From IMG/VR virus record IMGVR_UViG_2654588123_000001, positions 8,932-72,931 of that record: a DNA stretch of 64,000 nt; one strand, given 5' to 3'. Shown here piece after piece: positions 56,675-64,000 of this stretch. The notes under the pieces were generated by a model. That model made no database searches. It worked only from the letters and a program-made list of their open reading frames with translations, and was not told where the DNA came from. This DNA comes from a virus. Lineage: Duplodnaviria; Caudoviricetes. The position numbers were made by a program, and so were the translations under genes. The number at the start of each line of letters is the position of its first letter. Position 1 is the stretch's first letter.

Positions 56675-57682
56675 TTAGTTAATTGCCTTATCAATATCCT
56701 GAATTATTGATGAAATCACAGGTGGACATACGGCATTAGCTAATTGTTTAGCAGCATCAGTTCTGGAAACTGCTGTAAAATCAAATGAATCCGGAAAGCC
56801 CATAATCCGTTTCATTTCGTTGATACTTAAATGGCGGCGTTCTTTAGATAATACCGGAATATGGGCTCCACCTCCTGAATTCAAAACTGTAAGCGTTGGT
56901 AGCGGAGCATCAATAGAGAGCGCTCTTACTCCACTAGACCTAACTTGAAACACACAATCTTCTAAATCACAATTAGTTGCAATCCGTTCTAAGCTTCTTC
57001 TACTTTTAGGGACTTCAAATGACATTTCTTCTATTGGCTTTTTGCCTAGATAGTAGTCAATATATTCTTCCCATCTCTTTGTGATTGGAATTGAATAATC
57101 TCCTTGTATGATAAACGGTCTGAAAGCAGTTCTTCCAGTCCGCTTTTCAGTAAAATCAATTGTTTTATTTCCATAAGCATCAGACCTTAGTGCGACAATA
57201 TATATCCTAGATCTGCTTTGTGGGACGCCAAAGTATGAGCTGTCAAGTATTTTGGCAGACAAAGTATATCCTCGCATTCTAAGGCTATCAGTGATTACTT
57301 TATAAGTGTTTCCCTTATCATGCCGAATCAGATTGGGAACATTTTCCAAAAAAACAACCTTTGGCTTTTTTACTTCAATAAGAGACAAGAGCTTGAAAAA
57401 TACTGTTCCACGTTCATCATTAAACCCAAGTTCTTTTCCTGCAGCCGAAAAAGGCTGACAAGGAAAACCGGAACAGAACATATCGAAATCAGGAAGTCTG
57501 TCTGGCTGAATATCAAATATGTCCTTTGAGTCAAATTTCCTTCCAAAATTTGCAATATATGTTTTCTCGCAGTTATTATCTATTTCATTGGCGTATACGA
57601 GTTCAGCCTCTACTCCAGATTGTTCTATTCCAAGTCTAAACCCACCGACACCGGTACAAAACTCGGCATACTTCAACGGCAT
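56675..57682 (-). CDS. DNA (cytosine-5)-methyltransferase M1
   Basis: FCTGVGG, GFPCQPFS, ENVPN, QSRSRIY, MGFP, NAVCP. Confidence 0.95.
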   Translation of the reverse strand: MPLKYAEFCTGVGGFRLGIEQSGVEAELVYANEIDNNCEKTYIANFGRKFDSKDIFDIQPDRLPDFDMFCSGFPCQPFSAAGKELGFNDERGTVFFKLLSLIEVKKPKVVFLENVPNLIRHDKGNTYKVITDSLRMRGYTLSAKILDSSYFGVPQSRSRIYIVALRSDAYGNKTIDFTEKRTGRTAFRPFIIQGDYSIPITKRWEEYIDYYLGKKPIEEMSFEVPKSRRSLERIATNCDLEDCVFQVRSSGVRALSIDAPLPTLTVLNSGGGAHIPVLSKERRHLSINEMKRIMGFPDSFDFTAVSRTDAAKQLANAVCPPVISSIIQDIDKAIN

Positions 57683-57737
57683 TATTATGACTCCTCCTTA
57701 TTGATAATGCCAATAAAAACAAGAATGTTAAGTTCGG

Positions 57738-58136
57738 TCATCTCTGCTTTCGTATTGTTTCAATCACAGTTGCTACGCATCCATCTAAGTCATCTCGGAT
57801 TTCGCTTTCCCAAAACCGCAGAACAGTCCAACCTTCATCACGCAACCGAATTGTATATTCTAAATCGCGCTCCTGATTCCTCTTAATCTTCTCGTTCCAG
57901 AAACGCTCATGGCTTTTAACACCATGATAACTTTTGCCGTGCCAAAAGTCGCCGTCGCAGAATATTACAAGGCGATACTTTTTTATTGCGACGTCTGGAG
58001 AACCTAGTATGGATTTAACATTCTTCCTAAAACGTATATTCTTGCGCCACAACGCTTTGCGAAACATTATTTCAATAGATGTATCTGACCTGGTATTTCC
58101 TTGCATTGTTTTTCGTATCGCTTCAGTCCTATCCAA
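57738..58136 (-). CDS. vsr: Very short patch repair endonuclease
   Basis: DTSIE..FRKALW, GSPD, IFCDGDFWHG, NQERD, GWTVLRFWE. Confidence 0.93.
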   Translation of the reverse strand: MDRTEAIRKTMQGNTRSDTSIEIMFRKALWRKNIRFRKNVKSILGSPDVAIKKYRLVIFCDGDFWHGKSYHGVKSHERFWNEKIKRNQERDLEYTIRLRDEGWTVLRFWESEIRDDLDGCVATVIETIRKQR

Positions 58137-59262
58137 TCGGAGCCACTTCCTCTAATGTTAATTCCCCGTCATAGCTGCGGTACTGTACCAGACGGAGGTT
58201 TGTCCATGTTGAGTGCTTTACGGGGCGTAGACCGGTGATGTATTGCCGGACCGCCCATTTGTTGCGTTCCTCAATCACATCATCTGGGAACCCGTATGCG
58301 ATTATGAACGCTTCTATCATTCCGTAGTCATCATTGGCATACTCTTTCCGAACCCAGTCCACATATTTCATAACTTGCCAAATGACTTCCTTCGTAGCAT
58401 TGTCCTTCTTCAGTTCTATAATCAGGAATTTTGATTTTGTCTTATACCCCTTGATGTACCGGTAGCCAAAAACGTCGATTTTATCCATATAATCAACCGG
58501 CTTAAACGGGGATGCTATAACCTGGTGGGAGATATAGTCCCATTCTCCTAAAACAGTATTGCCGTTAGTCGCCAACGTATCTACAACGGCAGCCTCCAAC
58601 GCCATCTCATGCCGAACCCATCCCTCTGCGGTATCAACGGATTTAAGGATGTTTTTGCAGTGAAAATGATAAGGGCTTAAATCTGTGCATTCAAGTTTCT
58701 CAATAAAAGACGGGTCATGAGGAAGATAGTTGTTCTGTTTAACAAGATTATCTTCATTCCTTTTCAGTATGATATCGTATAAGGCTTTGTTTTCTTCATC
58801 GCCCATCTTGATAAACGATACTTTCCACATCGCCCGGAGAATACGAAAGGCCTGGGGATTGCTGTTCAGGGCCTCATCCATGTCCACCCCTTCGGTGAAG
58901 AACAGGGGTGACGGCTTGAACACACAGAAACAACGGCTATATTCCTGATCGTAAGGCAACAAAGGTCGTGCTTCTTCAAGATCCGCCCCAGACAAGTTCT
59001 TTGGTAAGTCAGCGCCGATATGCGAAAGGAACTTACAATCACCCTGGATATCCACCAACTCGCCAATTCCGTAGATGATTCGGTCATTGAAAAAATAAAT
59101 GTTGTCGCCCGGTTTCATCGAAAGGTAATCAGCGAATGTAGCTTCCTTTGCGATGCCAAAATAGGAACCTCTCAACTTTGGAAACCATGTACTATAAATC
59201 CCATCTTTTACGCACGATTCAATGGATCCCCAATTGCTCATATTCATCAAATAGCCGGCCAT
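58129..59262 (-). CDS. EVE/PUA-like domain + PD-(D/E)xK (NucS/Mrr-like) nuclease
   Basis: N-terminal MKPGDNIYFF...IYGIGE; C-terminal KIDVFG...IIELKK...QVMKYVDW. Confidence 0.65.
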   Translation of the reverse strand: MAGYLMNMSNWGSIESCVKDGIYSTWFPKLRGSYFGIAKEATFADYLSMKPGDNIYFFNDRIIYGIGELVDIQGDCKFLSHIGADLPKNLSGADLEEARPLLPYDQEYSRCFCVFKPSPLFFTEGVDMDEALNSNPQAFRILRAMWKVSFIKMGDEENKALYDIILKRNEDNLVKQNNYLPHDPSFIEKLECTDLSPYHFHCKNILKSVDTAEGWVRHEMALEAAVVDTLATNGNTVLGEWDYISHQVIASPFKPVDYMDKIDVFGYRYIKGYKTKSKFLIIELKKDNATKEVIWQVMKYVDWVRKEYANDDYGMIEAFIIAYGFPDDVIEERNKWAVRQYITGLRPVKHSTWTNLRLVQYRSYDGELTLEEVAPIG

Positions 59263-59318
59263 GATACTCTCCTTGATTTAAGAATAACAACGGTTTATTG
59301 CAACACAAGCAAAGAATT

Positions 59319-59750
59319 CTACCCGTTATAATCACTTAATACAATTTCATCTTCTGTTTTGGGAGCATTAACTCTATGACAAAAACAACCATGCTTATTA
59401 GTTGCCAAAGCTTGAAGTTCCGTTTTAGGGATAAGTATATTTACAGGACCTTCTCTTAAATTTTTATAACTATATGTAAACCAATAACCGTTCTTTTCGT
59501 CAGTTGTGCATTTCTTTTCTCTCATCATCTTAGCCTGTTCATAAAGACAGGTTTTATCTAATCCCTTATTTTCCAAATACTTAATCAGCCTTTCTTTTTG
59601 TATAAAGCAGCAAGTTATGTATTCAACATCTTCAATTTGAGCCGTTTCATAATACCTAGTCCAGCCCTTTTCTTGCGGCGGATACTTCTTCTCGTTAGCA
59701 TGAACCCATATTAATATATAATAATCTGTCAACATACCATCTTTAATCAA
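59319..59750 (-). CDS. Hypothetical protein
   Basis: 143-aa AT-rich ORF co-oriented with the RM operon; start uncertain. Confidence 0.65.
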   Translation of the reverse strand: MIKDGMLTDYYILIWVHANEKKYPPQEKGWTRYYETAQIEDVEYITCCFIQKERLIKYLENKGLDKTCLYEQAKMMREKKCTTDEKNGYWFTYSYKNLREGPVNILIPKTELQALATNKHGCFCHRVNAPKTEDEIVLSDYNG

Positions 59751-59897
59751 CCAGCCTGGATTTCCGTCCGTCCCTGTAATCTCAAACGCAAAAGTATTGA
59801 GTTTAGAATTAATATAATGAGCCGCACACTTCTCATCAATATAAAATAATTATATAACATTTACACATAATTGAAAATAAATAAGGAACAAGAAATA

Positions 59898-61127
59898 ATG
59901 AAAGATATCACTGTAGCAGAACTGTTCGCCGGTGTAGGAGGGTTCCGCATCGGGCTTGAAAAAGCTTCTACCTGCTTCCGAACAATCTGGGCGAACCAAT
60001 GGGAACCAGGAAAAAAGGTTCAGTATGCATTTGACTGTTATGACAAGCACTTCGGCCCGTCATTGACGAACAGCAACGAAGATATAGCTATAGCAAAAAA
60101 GGACTGTCCTGCCGTAGACCTGCTGGTAGGCGGCTTCCCTTGCCAAGATTACTCCGTGGCACATTCAGGCGGAGCCAAAGGCATCGAAGGGAAAAAAGGT
60201 GTGCTGTGGTGGTACATCAACGATATCATCAGCGAACGTAAACCGGATTATGTCCTGCTTGAGAATGTCGATAGGCTCCTAAAATCACCTGCAAAACAAC
60301 GCGGCAGAGACTTTGCCATCATCCTGCGCTGCCTATACGACCAAGGATATTATGCAGAATGGCGTGTTATCAACGCTGCTGAATATGGCTATCCCCAACG
60401 TCGGCGACGTATATTCATCTTTGCAGCAAGGAAGACCACCAAATGGTACTCGGCCGTCATCAAATCAGCGGATGAGAGCGTCAGAAGCGTGATGTACAAG
60501 ACCGGTTTCTTCGCCGACCAGTTCAAAGTCAGGGGCAATGACATCGTCCATGAATTTGACTTGAAAACGAAGGCCGACGGAAACGACTACATCGACCTTG
60601 TTGATATTTCCAATAATTTCAAAGCAGAATTTGAAAACACGGGCCTTATGTTGAACGGCAGGGTCTACACATCCACGACCACTCCATACCCGCATAAACA
60701 AAAGACCCTGGCGGATATAGTGGAATCCGATGGTGTGGATGATAAGTATTTCTTAGGCGACAATCTTGCCAAATGGGAATACATGAAAGGTGCGAAGAAA
60801 ATCGAGCGCACCGCCGCCAACGGCCACAGCTATACGTTCTCTGAAGGACCCATCGCCTTCCCGGATCCGTTGGACAGGCCGAGCCGTACCATGCTCACCA
60901 GTGAATCCAGCACCAACCGTTCTACGCATATCATTGCTGACCCCAAGACAGGCAAGTTCCGCTTCCTCACCCCGGTGGAATGCGAACGTCTAAACGGATT
61001 CCCCGATAACTGGACGGATACAGGTATGCCAGAAAAGTTCCGGTACTTTTGTATGGGTAACGCATTGGTAGTACCGTTGATAACCCGTATGGGTAAACAA
61101 CTTCTTAAAATTACAAAAGAAAAATAG
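59898..61127 (+). CDS. DNA (cytosine-5)-methyltransferase (Dcm-like)
   Basis: ELFAGVGG, GFPCQDYS, ENVDR, QRRRRIF, RLNGFP, GNALV. Confidence 0.95.
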   Translation: MKDITVAELFAGVGGFRIGLEKASTCFRTIWANQWEPGKKVQYAFDCYDKHFGPSLTNSNEDIAIAKKDCPAVDLLVGGFPCQDYSVAHSGGAKGIEGKKGVLWWYINDIISERKPDYVLLENVDRLLKSPAKQRGRDFAIILRCLYDQGYYAEWRVINAAEYGYPQRRRRIFIFAARKTTKWYSAVIKSADESVRSVMYKTGFFADQFKVRGNDIVHEFDLKTKADGNDYIDLVDISNNFKAEFENTGLMLNGRVYTSTTTPYPHKQKTLADIVESDGVDDKYFLGDNLAKWEYMKGAKKIERTAANGHSYTFSEGPIAFPDPLDRPSRTMLTSESSTNRSTHIIADPKTGKFRFLTPVECERLNGFPDNWTDTGMPEKFRYFCMGNALVVPLITRMGKQLLKITKEK

Positions 61128-61239
61128 TCGTAAAAATAGTTTTATAATATGTTTTTATCACAGAGTCAAAATAATAATCCCTGCCAATCCATCATTAACG
61201 CGGTTGGCAGGGATTTACTGTTTTTAGGCGTACCGGCTG

Positions 61240-62190
61240 CTATTTTTCAGTTAAAGTGTTATACCAATTGTCAAAATCTGATTTATGGGATCCAGAAATA
61301 TTATCTTTATACCATTGGGAAAACATCAAAAATCTATATTCCCCAGACTGAAACACCTTTGCCCAATAGCGATCAGTTATCGTTTTGTCTAAATCAGCTC
61401 TTTTTTCACCGTTTTTTAATACCCAAAACATGGGATTATTTCTATGAGTAAAATCTTTGCTCCCCTCAATAGAACCATATCGTTTCATCTGTGCTTCTGA
61501 AAAAGTATATCCGCTATTTAAAAGGTTCTCTAGACCAGTTTTTGCATACTCACACGGCCCCAATTCTTTGCTTGGAAGTGGTGGCAAATCAACAATTTTG
61601 CCCTGCTTCTTTTTGGGTTTTGGCTGTGGTTGTACCTTGGGTGGCTTAACTGAATCACTCTTTGCAGTAAAAACATCATAGCCAGTAGTCGGAAGAATAA
61701 GTTTTGCCTTCTTAATCAAATTTTCCATAGCATTTATGTTTTGCTTTGATAATTGTGATATTTTTGGTGTATTCCCGTTTTTTACAACAAATCGTTTAGC
61801 TTCTGAAGCAATCTCATAAAATCTTCCCTCAAGGTATTTTATCTTTGCCTTATCAAGATCACCAGCACTTAAAGCCACAAGTATAATAGCATCATCCCAG
61901 ACCTCTTTATTTGCACCCTTTTCAAAAGTATGCTTTTGATTTAATCTAACATAAATATCTTCAGCCTCTCCAACATATACAAACGGGGCACCTTCCGTCG
62001 TTTCCTCACCAAATAACAAGTAAACTCCCGGAGTGTGCAACACCTTATAGTTATCCGATTCCTTCAACAATTTATGTGGAATCTTATAGACGTCAATATT
62101 CCATGAATCAAGACGGTATTCATAACGACCATCTATAGTTCCATCAAGAAGTGTTACAGTAATTCCTATTGCTTCGCTTTCGCTGTGCAT
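61240..62190 (-). CDS. GIY-YIG nuclease domain protein (DUF4357-associated type)
   Basis: PGVYLLFG...VYVGEAEDI..RL, LDKAKIKYLE, NGNTP. Confidence 0.8.
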   Translation of the reverse strand: MHSESEAIGITVTLLDGTIDGRYEYRLDSWNIDVYKIPHKLLKESDNYKVLHTPGVYLLFGEETTEGAPFVYVGEAEDIYVRLNQKHTFEKGANKEVWDDAIILVALSAGDLDKAKIKYLEGRFYEIASEAKRFVVKNGNTPKISQLSKQNINAMENLIKKAKLILPTTGYDVFTAKSDSVKPPKVQPQPKPKKKQGKIVDLPPLPSKELGPCEYAKTGLENLLNSGYTFSEAQMKRYGSIEGSKDFTHRNNPMFWVLKNGEKRADLDKTITDRYWAKVFQSGEYRFLMFSQWYKDNISGSHKSDFDNWYNTLTEK

Positions 62191-62293
62191 AAGTCGCCCC
62201 CCTTTAGCATTTCTATACATAGGGATATATTATAATTATACCAGCAAATTGTGTTGCAATAAATACTTTTTTGAAAACTGCCATTAAACACAT

Positions 62294-62551
62294 TCAACAC
62301 CACTCTGAAAGATTCCAATCCCCCACCGGCAGCATACTGGCTACCAGCCTGATAAGCCACTGCAGCATGATTTCAACCAGGTAATCTCTCCCCGTCCTCT
62401 TTTGCCTTACAACATATGTATCGTAAACACTTTTACGCCGTCCTGGAAGCCGTTTCTCAACGATATGGTACTCCTGACCATACCCGTCCATTAAAACTCT
62501 TTCAGAAGCCATTTTACGCATTCGGCGCCGGCGTTTGCTTTTCATGTTCAT
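62294..62551 (-). CDS. Small hypothetical protein
   Basis: MNMKSKRRRR...; RBS GGAGG upstream. Confidence 0.5.
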   Translation of the reverse strand: MNMKSKRRRRMRKMASERVLMDGYGQEYHIVEKRLPGRRKSVYDTYVVRQKRTGRDYLVEIMLQWLIRLVASMLPVGDWNLSEWC

Positions 62552-62573
62552 CGCCCTCCCTGATAACCGTATT

Positions 62574-62735
62574 GGGGAATTCTCGTTCCCAATATAGTAA
62601 TCCGGCAAAAAATGAAAAAGCGGAACCTTTTTTTAAAAAATTTACAGATTACCATATTGCGGGAATTTCCATTCCCAATACAGTAAGTCAACAAAAATCG
62701 AAAAAGCGGAACCTGTTTTTAAAAAAAATTCAAAA
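62574..62735. repeat. Two imperfect ~86-bp tandem repeats
   Basis: GGGAAT....TTCCCAATA.AGTAA and GAAAAAGCGGAACCT.TTTTAAAAAA each occur twice (GAAAAAGCGGAACCT at 62614 and 62700). Confidence 0.75.
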
Positions 62736-62737
62736 AA

Positions 62738-63275
62738 AATAAAAGCCTTTCACTGCGGTGCGTACCTAATTGGCAATTAGGGGCTGCCATGAAAGGCTTT
62801 TATGACATAAAACCTGGTTTACTACAGCCCGGGCTTAGGTGCTGCCACTGTTACCAACTACAGTGCGGTATCTACTCAAGGCAACAATAACGTTGGCGCC
62901 ACACAAGAGAAGGTCCCTACATCCGATAAACCAAGTCAACAATGGTTTGTGCTGCCGGTGAAGGTTACGATTCATCCAACGCTACCGCCATCATGCCTAC
63001 ACGTTTTCGTCATAATGGGGAAACCACTGTTTTTAATGCTTTATGGTAAGTCCGCACGCTTACCTGTCACCGCTACTTATGACATGCTTCTTGACGATAC
63101 AAACAAAAGCAGTAGCGTTGCATCGCCGAACGTATATGCTAAAGCATTATTTGGAATATTCTTTACGATGGCTCCGCCCGCCCATCGACCGTTACCACCT
63201 GCGGTCTGCTTTCGACAGATACCAGTATCAAAGGTGGATCTGGTTCTGCGATCGTGCTTGCTAAAGAAGTGTTCC
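62738..63275 (-). ncRNA. Large structured non-coding RNA candidate (about 540 nt)
   Basis: Extended -10 promoter at 63282-63290; at least nine predicted helices; terminal stem plus U-tract at 62732-62800; no credible ORF. Confidence 0.7.
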
Positions 63276-63281
63276 TCATTC

Positions 63282-63309
63282 ATTATAACAGAATAGTACT
63301 GAAATGCAA
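63282..63309 (-). promoter_or_regulatory. Sigma-A promoter of the ncRNA candidate
   Basis: Minus strand TTGCAT-16 nt-TATAAT with extended TGn (TGTTATAAT). Confidence 0.7.
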
Positions 63310-63311
63310 AT

Positions 63312-63378
63312 AAAAATAGAACCTGCCGTGTACCGCATGCGCACCGGAAAACTGGGACGTACGCACGAACAGGTTCTG
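63312..63378 (-). terminator. Long stem-loop/terminator after the lipoprotein gene
   Basis: AGAACCTG...CAGGTTCT closing stem followed by ATTTTT on the minus strand. Confidence 0.5.
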
Positions 63379-63460
63379 TTAAAAATTCAGCTTACAACAG
63401 GGGGGCCCAATGGTGAAACCATCTTCAATTCTCTTACCTATGTGAGTACATTCTCAGTAT

Positions 63461-64000
63461 TTACTTACCCGCGCTTTCAATAGTTCCGTCTTTATAAACT
63501 ATTTTATTTACATAAAAATCAAACTTTAATTTTTCAGCAGGTGTCTCTGCCGCTTTCACTTCGTTATTCATAAATTGGTTGGTTTCCCAGCCACCCCGTT
63601 TATCTGCATTAAAAATCACATACCCATGTGCCGGGATATCTTTATCAATGTCACAATTTAATTTTCTTAGTTCATCACCGAATTGTGATTTAACAGTTAT
63701 GTGAAGTTGAACACCACTCAATATTTTATCGGTATTGTTGATGACTTTAAAGCTCAAGCCAAGGCCTGGCTGTTTCTGATACTGAAATTTAACCCCGAAT
63801 TTTTGTACATCTTCAATTTTAACTTTATCTTGAAGAGTCAAAGCTTTAGGCGCTTCAGTTTTCTTTTCAACTGTTTGTTCAATCTTTTTATCCCCAGATG
63901 TGGCTTTCACATCCTTTTTGTCGTTTGAACCTCCACATCCAGTTAAAAGTCCTACTGTAATGCCAGTTATCAATAAACTGCAAAGCATTTTTTTATACAT
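63461..64000 (-). CDS. Lipoprotein of unknown function (probably host chromosome)
   Basis: MYKKMLCSLLITGITVGLLTGC: signal peptide with lipobox LTGC, then a Lys-rich linker. Confidence 0.8.
   Translation of the reverse strand: MYKKMLCSLLITGITVGLLTGCGGSNDKKDVKATSGDKKIEQTVEKKTEAPKALTLQDKVKIEDVQKFGVKFQYQKQPGLGLSFKVINNTDKILSGVQLHITVKSQFGDELRKLNCDIDKDIPAHGYVIFNADKRGGWETNQFMNNEVKAAETPAEKLKFDFYVNKIVYKDGTIESAGK

Larger units (their letters stand above)
1..62600 (-). mobile_element. Prophage (HK97-type head, long non-contractile tail, serine recombinase) with cargo islands; boundaries approximate
   Basis: Continuous co-oriented replication, packaging, head, tail, lysis and recombinase modules. The left end runs off the window and no att sites were identified, so the right boundary is a guess. 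Confidence 0.92.

Noticed and set aside
62574-62735. CRISPR array
   Set aside because: Only two imperfect units, no unique spacers between conserved 28-40 nt repeats, and no cas operon; DUF2800 is a phage Cas4-like exonuclease
62738-63275. Identity of the large RNA as RNase P RNA, tmRNA or 6S
   Set aside because: No GAGGAAAGUCC/CAGAAxxCGGCUUA RNase P cores, no tRNA-like ends or tag ORF, and too long for 6S
62949-63296. Short ORFs 62949..63296, 63043..63264 and 63077..63283
   Set aside because: No RBS, the ATG at 63283 lies inside the -10 box, and composition is non-protein-like; the region is better explained as structured RNA
63318-63377. Resemblance to group IIC intron domain V (GAACC.GCCGTGTACC...GTACGCACG)
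   Set aside because: The AGC/CGC triad-bulge geometry is broken by a long insert, and no other intron domains or RT ORF are present
1-64000. tRNA or rRNA genes
   Set aside because: No cloverleaf with T-loop GTTCRA and acceptor stem, and no rRNA signatures recognised

Overview
Most of the window (about 1 to 62.6 kb, almost all on the minus strand) is a large siphovirus-type prophage. The host is probably a Firmicute, and more specifically a diderm Negativicute; this is inferred from a lambda-like tail tip and a spanin-like gene pair. Read in the direction of transcription (right to left), the modules are: an AT-rich restriction-modification and repair island (Dcm-like MTase, EVE-like/PD-(D/E)xK nuclease, Vsr, two C5 MTases, three restriction subunits, AlkA); an HExxH-peptidase/HTH regulator; a sigma-70 region 4 protein; replication genes (DUF2800, DUF2815, PolA, P4-type primase, VRR-NUC, SNF2); a late activator; an AT-rich cargo operon; HNH/terS/MTases/terL; head; tail; a radical SAM gene; lysis; and a serine recombinase cut by the left window edge. 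Four observations stand out. (1) An unannotated, heavily base-paired ~540-nt RNA with its own promoter and terminator lies at 62.74-63.28 kb. (2) The SNF2 helicase Walker A motif is interrupted by GGT-TGA-GGC, and a ribosomal stop-hop would repair it exactly. (3) A radical SAM/SPASM enzyme is translationally coupled to a tail-fibre gene. (4) A PLD-ATPase cargo operon may be a defence system. Family assignments come from motifs read by eye; no database searches were run.
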